64,000 nt of DNA from an uncultured delta proteobacterium (GCA_963847445.1 CAWJZV010000014.1:128001-192000), one strand, 5' to 3'. Shown: positions 29,165 through 39,066, counted from the first letter of the stretch. Notes: generated by a model not told the origin, from the letters alone. Translations and numbers: made by a program.

Positions 29165-29250
29165 ACGATAGAGGATCGAGGATAGAGGATCACGATCTTC
29201 CATCCTTCATTTTCCATTGTCTATTCTCGATCCTCTATCATCGAGGGATG
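29165..29250. repeat. Palindromic repeat with tandem 7-bp units (GAGGATC / GATCCTC), family E
   Basis: GATAGAGGATCGAGGATAGAGGATC ... CTATTCTCGATCCTCTATC; related copies near 4192, 9326, 50318 and 58228. Confidence 0.8.
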
Positions 29251-29260
29251 GGAGGAGGAG

Positions 29261-30910
29261 ATGATTGAGGGTGTCGTCCGCTTTCCGCCCGAGTTCGCCG
29301 CGCGCTACCGCGCTAAGGGCTATTGGGAAGATCGCTCGCTGCGCGATACTTTCGATGAACTTTTCGCCCGCCACGCGGAGCGTGTCGCCGTCATCGACCG
29401 GGATCAAGCCGTCACCTACGCGCAAATCGACCAACGTTCGACCCGCTTGGCACTCAATCTCCTCGACGAAGGGCTCGCGCCGCTCGACCGCGTGGTGGTG
29501 CAGCTGCCCAACGTCGTCGAATTCGTTTATCTCTACTGCGCCTTGCAAAAAATCGGCGCGATTCCGATCATGGCTCTGCCGACCCACCGATTTCGCGAGA
29601 TAAGCCAATTCATCGAGCTCTCCGGCGCCGTCGCCTGCGCCACGCCGGACCAGACCAAAGACTTCGACTACCGCGACCTCGTGCGGCGCATTCGCCCAGC
29701 GAGCAAAACTCTGCGCTTGGGAATTATTTTGGGTGATGCGCCGGAGGGTTATTTATCTCTGACCACGCTCATCGAGCGGCCCAGCAAGCGCGCGCCCGGC
29801 GAGTTGCGTGAGATCGCCATCGATCCCGAAGATCCGGCGCTCTTCCAACTCTCCGGCGGCACCACCGGCATTCCCAAGCTAATTCCACGCTCGCACAACG
29901 ATTATGTTTACAATTCGAAAATGGCCGCCGCTGTGACGGGCGTCGGACCCGACCGGGTGATGCTGAGCGTGCTGCCGCTGGCGCACAATCTGCCCCTCGC
30001 CTGTCCCGGTATCCAAGGATATTTCTTGCACGGCGCCAAGGTTGTTCTCGCCAACTCGACCCGCAGCGAGGATATCTTCGCGTTGATCGAGCGCCACCGC
30101 GTGAGTCATATCGCCGTCGTGCCCGCGCTGTTGATCCGTTTGATCAATGATCCGTCAATCGCGAGATACTGCCTTTCTTCGATCCGCGTCATTCAGAGCG
30201 GCGGCCAGCGGCTGCAACCGGAAGTGCGCCGGCGGACTAAAGAGTTAATTCCCAGCGTCTTCGTGCAGGAAAATTTCGGCATGGCCGAAGGCATGCTGAT
30301 GTTCAGCCGTGCCGACGATCCCGAGGATGTGAGGCTTGAAACGGTCGGCCGGCCGGTGAGCCCCGACGACGAAGTGCGGCTAGTTGACGACGACGATAAC
30401 GAAGTGGCGCCGGGAGAAGTCGGCGAGTTGCTCGCCCGCGGGCCGTACACCCTGCGCGGCTACTTCGGCGTGCCCGAGTACAACGCCAGAGCGTTTACCG
30501 CCGACGGTTTTTACCGTTCCGGCGATCTCATGCGCCGCCATCCCTCCGGCAACTATATGGTGGAAGGACGAAAAAAAGATTTGATCAACCGCGGCGGCGA
30601 AAAAATCAGCGCCGAGGAAATCGAAAATCTCATTCTCACCCATCCGGCGGTGCAAAATGTCGCCTGTGTGCCGATGCCCGATCCCGTGCTCGGCGAGCGC
30701 ATGTGCGCCTATGTGATCCTGCGCGCCGGCAGCGCTCTAAGGTTACCGGACCTCGTCGCCTTCCTCATGAACGAGGAAATCGCCAAGCACAAATTGCCGG
30801 AACGGTTGGAGATCGTCGACGATTTTCCGCTCTCGCCATTCGGCAAGGTGTCGAAAAAAGATTTGACCGAGAGAATTACGTCAAAGCTGAAGGAAGAAAG
30901 CAAACTTTGA
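29261..30910 (+). CDS. Aryl-acid adenylating enzyme (2,3-dihydroxybenzoate/salicylate-AMP or CoA ligase family)
   Basis: ARYRAKGYW, LSGGTTGIPKLIPRSHNDY, AHNLPLACPG, FGMAEG, RGPYTLRGY, GFYRSGD, INRGGEKI. Confidence 0.92.
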   Translation: MIEGVVRFPPEFAARYRAKGYWEDRSLRDTFDELFARHAERVAVIDRDQAVTYAQIDQRSTRLALNLLDEGLAPLDRVVVQLPNVVEFVYLYCALQKIGAIPIMALPTHRFREISQFIELSGAVACATPDQTKDFDYRDLVRRIRPASKTLRLGIILGDAPEGYLSLTTLIERPSKRAPGELREIAIDPEDPALFQLSGGTTGIPKLIPRSHNDYVYNSKMAAAVTGVGPDRVMLSVLPLAHNLPLACPGIQGYFLHGAKVVLANSTRSEDIFALIERHRVSHIAVVPALLIRLINDPSIARYCLSSIRVIQSGGQRLQPEVRRRTKELIPSVFVQENFGMAEGMLMFSRADDPEDVRLETVGRPVSPDDEVRLVDDDDNEVAPGEVGELLARGPYTLRGYFGVPEYNARAFTADGFYRSGDLMRRHPSGNYMVEGRKKDLINRGGEKISAEEIENLILTHPAVQNVACVPMPDPVLGERMCAYVILRAGSALRLPDLVAFLMNEEIAKHKLPERLEIVDDFPLSPFGKVSKKDLTERITSKLKEESKL

Positions 30911-31758
30911 GAATCATCGACCTACACTGCTATCCCAACACCGAACCATGGATCAAGTCTCAAGGTCCCTACGTCGAGGCGCTGGCGAAATATTGGAATC
31001 GCGCTTGGACGTGGAAGAAAGAATCCGAGGTCATCGAAGAATTCAAACAAGCCGGCGTCGAAGCGATGCTGGTGGCCTTTGACATCGAATCGGTCACCGG
31101 CGCGCCGCCCTGTACGAATGAGTATGTTGCGCAGATGCGCGACCGACATCCCGGGGTAATTCGCCAAGCATGGGGCGCCGTCGATCCCCTGAAGGGCGAA
31201 GTTGCCATCGTAGCGGCAAAAACAGCGATCAACGATTTAAAGCTTTTTGGCTTTCACTTTCATCCGATCATGGGCCATTTCTCCGTCGACGACCGTAAGT
31301 TTTACCCGCTGTGGGAGACCATCAACGCGCTCAAAGTTCCCGTCATGATCGATGTCGGCACCACCGGCATGGGCGCAGGCATGCCCGGCGGCTTGGGCGC
31401 GGTGATCCGCCACGCCCATCCGTCGGCCATCGATCAGCTGGCAGCGGATTTCCCCGACTTGAATATCGTCGCAGCCCATCCCGGCTGGCCGTGGACCGAG
31501 GAGATGATCGCGGTGGCGCTGCACAAGGGCAACGTGTCGTGGGAGATGTCCGGTTGGGCGCCGAAATATTTTCCCGACGCGATCAAGCGCGATATCAAAG
31601 GCCGATTGAAAGACAAAGTCATGTTCGGCAGCGATTATCCGAGCATTCCCTACGAACGCATTTTTAAGGAATGGGGCGAGCTCGGCTACTCCGACGCGCT
31701 GATGGAGAAACTTTTTCACGGCAACGCCGAGCGAATTCTTGGGCTTGTAGCGGGCTAG
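30907..31758 (+). CDS. Amidohydrolase-2 family protein
   Basis: TTG start overlapping the upstream stop; IIDLHCYP, AAHPGWPW, SGWAPKYF, MFGSDYP. Confidence 0.88.
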   Translation: MRIIDLHCYPNTEPWIKSQGPYVEALAKYWNRAWTWKKESEVIEEFKQAGVEAMLVAFDIESVTGAPPCTNEYVAQMRDRHPGVIRQAWGAVDPLKGEVAIVAAKTAINDLKLFGFHFHPIMGHFSVDDRKFYPLWETINALKVPVMIDVGTTGMGAGMPGGLGAVIRHAHPSAIDQLAADFPDLNIVAAHPGWPWTEEMIAVALHKGNVSWEMSGWAPKYFPDAIKRDIKGRLKDKVMFGSDYPSIPYERIFKEWGELGYSDALMEKLFHGNAERILGLVAG

Positions 31759-31901
31759 AGTCAAGGGTCGAAAAGGATACGTTCACCTCGAGGCACGAAG
31801 GACACGAAAGGGAATTGTATTCGGGAAGGTTTGAAACCCGCCTGGAACCTTCGTGTTTCGAACCTTCGATGTGGAAATCGAGATTTAAGGAGTCCGAATC
31901 A

Positions 31902-32885
31902 ATGAACATCGATTTCCACGCCCACATCTACCCGGAAGACTACTTAAAAAAGCTCGAAGCCTCGAGCGGCGACGTGCGCATCGAGACCGACGCTAAAGGC
32001 CAGAAATGGATCTTGAGCATGGGCGCCAGGGCCGGGCCGATCAATGCCGATTTCTTCGACACCGACGTGCGCGTCGAGCGCATCAAGGAACATCGCGTCG
32101 ACATGCAGATCCTATCTTCGCCTCATCCGGGCGTCGACCGTTTCTCCGCCGATGAAAGCGCCGAGATGAGCCGGATCATCAACGACGGCATCGCCAAGGC
32201 CGTAAGAAAATATCCCAAGCAGTTCCAGGGCCTCGCCATGTTGCCGCTGATCGACACCAAGTTGGCGCTAAAGGAACTCGACCGCGCCGTCCTCGATCTC
32301 GGCTTGAAGGGCATGTGCATGCTCACCAACGTCGCCGGCAAGATGGTCGATTCGGAATTCCTGCTACCGGTCTATGCGCGCGCCCAAGAGCTCGGCGTGC
32401 CGATTTTCATTCACCCGACCACGCCGCTGGGGGCGCAGGTCATGCAGGAGTGGCGGTTGGCGATTATTCTCGGTTTTGAGTTCGATATCGTCCTGTCGGC
32501 GACGCGGCTCGCTTACGCCGGCGTGCTCGACAAATTTCCCGAACTCAACTTCGTGATCTCCCATCTCGGCGCCGGCATCCCATTTCTCGCCGGCAGAATC
32601 GACCGCGGCTACCACGACCCCACTTGCGGCATCAAGACCAAGAAACCGACCTCGGAATACCTGCGCGATCTCTACTGCGACACCGTGTCGTTTTACCAGC
32701 CGGCTCTGATGATGGCCTATCAATTTTACGGCGCCGGCCGCATGGTGCTCGGCAGCGATTTTCCGCTGATCATCGGCGATCTGCCCGCCGCCGTGCCGAG
32801 CATCGAGCAGATGCCGATCGCGCAACGGGAAAAACAAAAAATCCTCGGCGACAATGTGATGCAACTCTTGAAATTGAAAATCTAA
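31902..32885 (+). CDS. Amidohydrolase-2 family (ACMSD-like decarboxylase)
   Basis: IDFHAHIYP, IFIHP, SHLGAGIPFLAGRID, LYCDT, VLGSDFP. Confidence 0.9.
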   Translation: MNIDFHAHIYPEDYLKKLEASSGDVRIETDAKGQKWILSMGARAGPINADFFDTDVRVERIKEHRVDMQILSSPHPGVDRFSADESAEMSRIINDGIAKAVRKYPKQFQGLAMLPLIDTKLALKELDRAVLDLGLKGMCMLTNVAGKMVDSEFLLPVYARAQELGVPIFIHPTTPLGAQVMQEWRLAIILGFEFDIVLSATRLAYAGVLDKFPELNFVISHLGAGIPFLAGRIDRGYHDPTCGIKTKKPTSEYLRDLYCDTVSFYQPALMMAYQFYGAGRMVLGSDFPLIIGDLPAAVPSIEQMPIAQREKQKILGDNVMQLLKLKI

Positions 32886-32957
32886 ATTTGCCAACAGCCG
32901 GAGCGACCGCTGGTCGCTCTTCTTAACAATTGACGACAAAATCTCAGGAGGTGACCT

Positions 32958-33719
32958 ATGGCCGACTACATCAGCAAATTATTACCCCGCTTCCGCTACG
33001 GCGTCATCCAACCGCGCGCCAATGAGGAGGTTTCGCGCGCGCGCAGTTACCAGTTGTATAAATTGCTGCCGCTCGACTTCATTGAAATCGCCACCGGCCT
33101 GGGTCTGGAGAACTACACCGAAGAAGGCGTCGAGAAAGCGATCAAAAATTATTGGACCTGCGTCGACCGCCTGGTCAAAGAAAAAGTCGATCATATTATT
33201 TTCAGCGGCGCGCCGATCTCCGCGGTGTTGACCCGCACTAGGGTGCTGGATTTGTTAAAGCAGACCAAAGAGAAGACCGGCATTAGCGCCGATGCGCCGT
33301 TGGAAGCGCTGATCGCGGCGCTCAAGCATCTGGGACTCACGAAAATCGCCGTCGGCAGCCGGTGGGCCGACAAGGTCAACAACGCGATCATTCAGTACTT
33401 GAAAGAAGGCGGCATTCAAGTCCTCGGCATCACCAAACGTAACCAGTGGGCATCGGATTCTTTCGCCATGAGCCTGGAGCAAGGCCTGGAAATGGCGCTC
33501 GAAGTTGGCCGCGAAGCCGCGAAAACCTGGCCCGAGGCGCAAGCCATCTCAATCCCCGGCGGCGCCGCTATGGCGCTACACGTCATCCCCGCCATCGAGG
33601 ATGAATTCGGCAAACCGGCGTTCACCAACATGAGCACGGAGGTGTGGAACGACTTGGTGCGCCCCGGCATCATCCCGCCGGTGCAAGGCTGGGGGAAGTT
33701 ACTGGCCGGTGGGAAATAA
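32958..33719 (+). CDS. Maleate isomerase / arylmalonate decarboxylase fold protein
   Basis: YGVIQP, ALIAALKHLGLTKIAV, YLKEGGIQV, IEDEFGKPAFTN, C-terminal GWGKLL; AGGAGG RBS. Confidence 0.8.
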   Translation: MADYISKLLPRFRYGVIQPRANEEVSRARSYQLYKLLPLDFIEIATGLGLENYTEEGVEKAIKNYWTCVDRLVKEKVDHIIFSGAPISAVLTRTRVLDLLKQTKEKTGISADAPLEALIAALKHLGLTKIAVGSRWADKVNNAIIQYLKEGGIQVLGITKRNQWASDSFAMSLEQGLEMALEVGREAAKTWPEAQAISIPGGAAMALHVIPAIEDEFGKPAFTNMSTEVWNDLVRPGIIPPVQGWGKLLAGGK

Positions 33720-33765
33720 GAAATGTGATCGTGTTCGTCGGCGTGTGATCAGCGATTGTGCGGCA

Positions 33766-34392
33766 ATGTCTCGTAATCACCAAAAATTAATTTACCTTCT
33801 CGTTCTTCTCTGCTGCATAAATGCTGGCTGCAGCAGGCTCAAGCAATGGGCCTACCAAGGCATCGATCGCGATCAATGGCAGCAGCCGGACAAGGTCATC
33901 GCTACATTGCAGATCCCGCCTGGCGCTGAGATCGCCGACCTTGGCGCCGGCGGCGGCTACTTTACTTTCCATCTTGCCAAAGCAGTCGGCCCGAGCGGCA
34001 AAGTCTACGCCGTCGATATTGATCGAGGCACCAACGAATTGATCGCCGAACGGGCCAAGAAAGACGGCGCCGATAACATCGCAACCATCCTCGCGCAATC
34101 AAACGACCCACTGCTGCCGAAATCCGCCGTCGATCTGATCTTCACCAGCAATACCTACCATCACTTCGACAACCGCATTGTCTACTTTTCAAACCTGCGC
34201 AAATATTTAAAACCCGCCGGCCGCATCGCCATCATCGACTTCGACCGGCGCGCCTGGTTGGAAGGGCTGTTGCGCCACTACACGCCGGCAGAGTTCATAA
34301 AACGCGAGATGGAACAGGCCGGCTACACGCTGCAACAAGAACTGACCTTCCTCGACCGCCAGTCGTTCCTGATCTTCGGCGTCAATCGCTAG
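33766..34392 (+). CDS. Class I SAM-dependent methyltransferase with signal/lipoprotein-like N-terminus
   Basis: RDQWQQPDKVI, IADLGAGGGYFT, VYAVDI, TYHH, LKPAGRIAIIDF. Confidence 0.88.
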   Translation: MSRNHQKLIYLLVLLCCINAGCSRLKQWAYQGIDRDQWQQPDKVIATLQIPPGAEIADLGAGGGYFTFHLAKAVGPSGKVYAVDIDRGTNELIAERAKKDGADNIATILAQSNDPLLPKSAVDLIFTSNTYHHFDNRIVYFSNLRKYLKPAGRIAIIDFDRRAWLEGLLRHYTPAEFIKREMEQAGYTLQQELTFLDRQSFLIFGVNR

Positions 34393-34420
34393 TGTCCCGC
34401 CCGTTCATCACGACGGACCC

Positions 34421-34563
34421 AGCGCGACGCAGCCGCAACCGAAACTCGGATTATCTCCCGTAAAGACGCCAAGGCCGCAAAGGCCGGAAAATAACGGTAA
34501 GAAATTTCTCCAAGATAATTATTTCTTCCTTCCGATCTTGGCGTCTTTGCGCCTTTGCGAGAG
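34421..34563. repeat. Family B palindrome without the inner GTCAT unit
   Basis: CTCCCGTAAAGACGCCAAGGCCGCAAAG ... CTTGGCGTCTTTGCGCCTTTGCGAGAG. Confidence 0.8.
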
Positions 34564-34765
34564 TCAATTCCCCAGTTCGAGTATGCCGAATCACCGGAAG
34601 GGTGGTATGAGCCGCGCAAACTATCAAGCATAGTAGTACAAAGATAAGAGTGCGGCCTTCAAACCCGCCCCGCCATTTCTGAAATATTTTTAGCCTGTCT
34701 TGCGTTCTTTGCGCACAACATTCCCAATTCGAAACTCTCGCGTTGTGGTTTAAAACTCTATTTCG

Positions 34766-37039
34766 TCAACCCAACGGTCCGCTCGGACTCCCCGGCGGCC
34801 GCGTCAAGGCGTGGGCTTCCGTCAAGGCTTCGAGCAGCATGACCACTTCCTTGGGCTCGCGCAGGTTGAAGCGCGCCGCGGTTTGGGTGATGCCGACGCG
34901 GATGGCGTAGGCGTGCTGCGGCAACACGCCGAACAGCTCTTCATCGTCGTGATCGTCGCCGATGGCAAGAATGAAATCGAACTCGCCGTGGCGCAACCAG
35001 CTGCGTGCCGCCAACGACTTGGCGAGACCCAAGCTGCGCACTTCGACGGTCTTATTGCCCTGGACAACTTTCACGTCGATATTGCCGGTGAAAAGCAGCA
35101 GATCGTCCATCAGCTCGCGCGCCACCACCATGCCTTGTTCCGAGTCGGCGCGGCGATAGTGCCAGACCAGGGAGTATTCTTTTTCTTCGACGAATGCCCC
35201 GGGCAGCCGGTCGGCGTACTGGATCATCATCGGGCTGAGCTTTGGCTTCCAGTCGCAGCTCAAGCTGCGCGCCAAAGTCCATTGTTGTGAACGCTTTTTA
35301 CGCCATGCGCCATGTTCGGCGGCCAGGCCGACCGGCAGGTTGGCAAACCATTCATGTAATGTCGCCCGGTCGCGACCGCTGATCAGAACCAATTCGTTAG
35401 CTGGGTCGGCGGCCAGCGAAGCGAGAATCTTCAACAGCGCCGGCGTCGGGTTGGCGCGCCGCGGATCGTCGACCAGCGGCACCAGGGTGCCGTCGAAATC
35501 GAGCATGATCAGCCGGCGCGGCGCCCGCCGGTAGTGGTTTAGCATCGCAGCCATTTCCTGAGGGCCAAGGAGCTTGGCAAATACCCGCTGGCGGCTGGGC
35601 TGGACCGCGACCAGCTCGCGCAAAATATCTTGCGCCCACTGGGACAGATCGCAGCGCGACAACCGCTCTTGCATGATTTCCATGCGCCGGCCTTGCTCCA
35701 TCGCCGGCATATTCAAGGCCGCGACCAAAGCGCTGGCGATTTCGTCGCGGATATTGGGATTGATGATGATGGCTTCGCCAAGCTCGCGCGCAGAGCCGGC
35801 CATCTCGCTGAGAATCAGCACGCCGTCGTTGTGCAGCCGGCTGGCGATATATTCTTTGGCAATCAGATTCATGCCGTCGCGCAGCGGTGTCACCAGCGCC
35901 ACGTCGCTGATCGAGTACAGCGCCACCAACGAGTCGAAGGACAGACTGCGGTACTGGTAAAGTATCGGCGTCCAGCCGATATCGCCAAACTTGCCGTTAA
36001 TCCTGCCGACCAGCTCTTCGATCTGCTTCTTCATCTGCTCGTAGTCTTCGATGCCGATGCGCGACGGCACCACGACCATCAGCAACGTGACCTGGCCGCG
36101 CCAGTGCGGATTGGCTTCGAGCATCGACTCGAACCCTTGCAGCCGATGAAGAATCCCCTTGGAATAATCCTGGCGGTCGATGGACAGTACCAGTTTAGTG
36201 CCGGGCAGCATGCCGCGCAGTGTTTTCACCTCGTCCGCCACCGCGCCGCTGGCCGCGGCGGCGGCAAATTTATCGAAGGGCACGCCCATGGGAAACGCGC
36301 CGACTTTGACGCTGCGATCGCCGACTAAGAGTTTACCCATGTGGCTTTCATGGCCGAGCACGCGCAGCACACAACGAAGAAAGTATTGGCCATAGTCGAA
36401 GGTATGAAAGCCGATCACGTCGGAGCCCAGCAAACCTTCGAGCAGTTCGCGCCGCCACTGCTCGGGCAACAGCCGGAAAATCTCATAGTGGGGAAACGGG
36501 ATATGCAAAAAGAAACCAATGGACAGCTGCGGTAGCCGGGCGCGAATCAGCTGTGGCAACAGCATCAGGTGATAGTCGTGAATCCAGAGCAGATCGCCGG
36601 GACGGAGAACTTCCAGCGCGGCGTCGGCGAAGGCCTGGTTGACCTTGAGGTAGTGCGCCCAATACTCCGGCTCATGGCGGGCATATTGGGGGAAATAGTG
36701 AAACAGCGGCCAAATCGTCTTATTGCAAAAGCCGGAATAAAAGGACTCGATCTCCGCCTCGGACAAAAACACCGGCGAAGCGTGATAGCGCGAAAGCGCT
36801 TCCGCGCGCACCTGGTCGCGCGACTCCTCGCTGACCGCGGCCCCAGGCCAGCCGATCCAAACATATTCCGTGTTTTCGAGGATGGGAGTATGGGCCGCCG
36901 TCAGCAGCGCATGCAGGCCGGTGGCGACACCGCCGGCGCTGGAATGAAACTCGACGGCGCCGTCAACAGTCGCCACCGTGAAGGGCAAGCGATTGGACAC
37001 CAAGACGATTCTTTGCGCCGGCTGATTTTCCATACTCAT
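34766..37039 (-). CDS. otsAB: Bifunctional trehalose-6-phosphate synthase/phosphatase
   Basis: VSNRLP, WPLFHY, WIHDYHL, FFLHIPFP, DYSKGI, LRDGMNL; HAD domain DFDGTL, GDDHDDE. Confidence 0.95.
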   Translation of the reverse strand: MSMENQPAQRIVLVSNRLPFTVATVDGAVEFHSSAGGVATGLHALLTAAHTPILENTEYVWIGWPGAAVSEESRDQVRAEALSRYHASPVFLSEAEIESFYSGFCNKTIWPLFHYFPQYARHEPEYWAHYLKVNQAFADAALEVLRPGDLLWIHDYHLMLLPQLIRARLPQLSIGFFLHIPFPHYEIFRLLPEQWRRELLEGLLGSDVIGFHTFDYGQYFLRCVLRVLGHESHMGKLLVGDRSVKVGAFPMGVPFDKFAAAAASGAVADEVKTLRGMLPGTKLVLSIDRQDYSKGILHRLQGFESMLEANPHWRGQVTLLMVVVPSRIGIEDYEQMKKQIEELVGRINGKFGDIGWTPILYQYRSLSFDSLVALYSISDVALVTPLRDGMNLIAKEYIASRLHNDGVLILSEMAGSARELGEAIIINPNIRDEIASALVAALNMPAMEQGRRMEIMQERLSRCDLSQWAQDILRELVAVQPSRQRVFAKLLGPQEMAAMLNHYRRAPRRLIMLDFDGTLVPLVDDPRRANPTPALLKILASLAADPANELVLISGRDRATLHEWFANLPVGLAAEHGAWRKKRSQQWTLARSLSCDWKPKLSPMMIQYADRLPGAFVEEKEYSLVWHYRRADSEQGMVVARELMDDLLLFTGNIDVKVVQGNKTVEVRSLGLAKSLAARSWLRHGEFDFILAIGDDHDDEELFGVLPQHAYAIRVGITQTAARFNLREPKEVVMLLEALTEAHALTRPPGSPSGPLG

Positions 37040-37254
37040 GATCGTAGCGCCGACCGGAGCGAGTCACAAGTGCTCGATGTCGTCATTGTGTTGCAGTGAG
37101 AGAAACGCCAGCAAATAATCTTTGATATGGCGCAAGGCGTCGGCAAACTCGGCCAAGTCGCGCGCCTCGCAACCAGTCGCCAAGACGAAAGTTTGTGCCA
37201 ACATGAAGTAAAATTCCCGGCCTTCGGGGGCTTCGACGCTGCGCTAAGCCGATT

Positions 37255-37510
37255 GGCGTTAGCCGTCGATCAATCGCTGATGGACGGGCGCAACGCTCTA
37301 ACCAAATGAAACTGGACGATGCCGACGCTAGATAGCTGCTCGCCCAACGTCGCTTCGTTCAGCGGGTGCTCCAGTAAGCAAAATCGTTACGCGGTTCGGG
37401 TTAGAGATAATGGTGTTGTTGCAAGAATTTATCGGTATGAAAATAGCTCGATGCATCGGCCACCGGGCGCATCGGCAACGTTGCGGGCTTTCTTACCGAG
37501 TTAGGGGATT
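37255..37510 (-). pseudogene. Degraded DUF5752-like gene fragment
   Basis: Broken frames read LGKKARN / ASSYFHTDKFLQQHHYL-stop-PEPRNDFAYW / LNEATLGEQLSS. Confidence 0.6.
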
Positions 37511-37780
37511 TGATTGAATCTAATATTCCCCGCAGCTTGCTGCGGGCACAAAATTGCTGGGGTTTCCAAAGGGGGTTGAACATCCCCTTTGGTCGCGAGC
37601 GGGGTTCATACCCCGATCGCGAAATGCCCGGTTGAATTTCGTGTTAAAGCGAAACGTCGCGCCGGGTGCCATACAATCACTCCACCATCGCAGGTCCGTC
37701 ACAAGTCACGGGCTCGCTCTTCGACCCGCTAAAAAAACGAGCGAAGGCGCAGAGCCACTCAGACTCCGCCCTTCGTCTAT

Positions 37781-38005
37781 TTAGAACCACCACCCGGGGA
37801 CATTTTCTCGGCTACCACCCGCCGCGCTAAACTCGCTGGCACTGGCGGACCTCTCCGCCGCCGGGTTAGGCGCGACGGCCTTCCGCGCTTTGCCTGGCGC
37901 CTGTTCAGCGAGCTTTTTTTCGGCGCAAGCGTGGCTAGCTAGAACAAAGGCGAGCCCAACCACAGCCATAAGCCGCTGGCTAATCTGACTAATGTTCCGA
38001 TTCAT
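37781..38005 (-). CDS. Small putative secreted/lipoprotein
   Basis: AAGGAG RBS; MNRN...AVVGLAFVLASHAC, then an Ala/Pro-rich tail ending PGWWF. Confidence 0.55.
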   Translation of the reverse strand: MNRNISQISQRLMAVVGLAFVLASHACAEKKLAEQAPGKARKAVAPNPAAERSASASEFSAAGGSRENVPGWWF

Positions 38006-38037
38006 GACCCGGCTCCTTACTCGTAATTGTCGGTGAG

Positions 38038-38652
38038 CTATTTGACGCCCACCGCGTCGGGACCACCACGCATGGCGCGCAACAGATCGGCGAATGACCC
38101 CTTGGCTAAGACGCGATTGAACTGCGATCGATAGTTGTTGACCAAACTCACGTCGCCGAAGACCACGTCGTAGACTTTCCACTCGCCGTTGGCGTTGAGC
38201 AGTTTGTAATTGACCGAAAACTCGTCGCGTTTGGCTGTAACGATTTTCGAATCGACTTCGGCAAAGTTCTGCTCCTGGCGCTCGCGCCCAAAGACGATTT
38301 TCTCGCTGTGGAAAGCTTCGATCTGATCGGCGTAGGCTTTCTCAAGTAGAGCGGCAAATAGGCTGGCAAACTCGCGCTGCTCATCCGGGCTGCGGCGCTG
38401 CCAGTTTTGGCCGAGCGAGCGCTTGGCCATTTCGTTAAAATCGAAGCGCGCACCGATCACTTGGCGCAACCGTTCGCGTCGCTCCGCTTGACCGCCCGCG
38501 GCTTTGAGTCGCGGATCTCGGATCACCGCTAGGACCCGGTCGACGGTGTCGCGCATCTGCTCGGTAGCCACGCCAGCCCAAACCCGCGGCTGGATGGCTG
38601 GGCACGCTAACAGCAGCGCGACAAAGCTTAGCGAGATCATTCGATGCTTCAT
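38038..38652 (-). CDS. mlaC: MlaC/Ttg2D phospholipid-binding protein
   Basis: FDFNEMAKRSLGQNW, WKVYDVVFGDVSLVNNYRSQF. Confidence 0.9.
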   Translation of the reverse strand: MKHRMISLSFVALLLACPAIQPRVWAGVATEQMRDTVDRVLAVIRDPRLKAAGGQAERRERLRQVIGARFDFNEMAKRSLGQNWQRRSPDEQREFASLFAALLEKAYADQIEAFHSEKIVFGRERQEQNFAEVDSKIVTAKRDEFSVNYKLLNANGEWKVYDVVFGDVSLVNNYRSQFNRVLAKGSFADLLRAMRGGPDAVGVK

Positions 38653-38678
38653 GCGGCAATTCCCAAGAGTAGACAGAG

Positions 38679-38846
38679 CTATTCGCTGAGCAACGCTAAC
38701 GGTTGCGAATCTTTGAACAGATCGGCCAAGATGCATGCGACCACCGCATAAGTCTGCTTCTCGTCGCGGATTCTGGCGTCCACTTCATCGGTAAGAGCGA
38801 CGATCAAGTCGCCCAAGGTCGTTTGCCACCGTTCCGGTTGCTTCAT
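38679..38846 (-). CDS. Small hypothetical protein
   Basis: AAGGGAAG RBS; MKQPERWQTTLGDLIVALTDEV...YAVVACILADLF, helical, first gene after a sigma-54 site. Confidence 0.55.
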   Translation of the reverse strand: MKQPERWQTTLGDLIVALTDEVDARIRDEKQTYAVVACILADLFKDSQPLALLSE

Positions 38847-39066
38847 GATCACTTCCCTTTTCAGCGGTTGCGTCGTTGCGTTTCGCACACCCAGGCGCCG
38901 GCGACAAGCCGATCTCATCGCGTCGTAGTCCCTTTACACTAATGCGAACTTAACGAAGCCGCGGGCGGGGGCCGAAGGTCTTCAAAACCATTTGCTTCTA
39001 ACGATCAAGCTAGCGACTCGATCGAACGCTCCGCCTCAGTGGTCTCGCTCTCGCCAGTAGCACTCC

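Noticed and set aside
29261-30910. Siderophore/NRPS biosynthesis from the DhbE-like ligase
   Set aside because: No aryl carrier protein, isochorismate synthase, NRPS or TonB receptor nearby; the context is catabolic.
34766-37039. OtsA-OtsB fusion as a novelty
   Set aside because: Fused TPS/TPP enzymes are established in Bacteroidota, deltaproteobacteria and some archaea.
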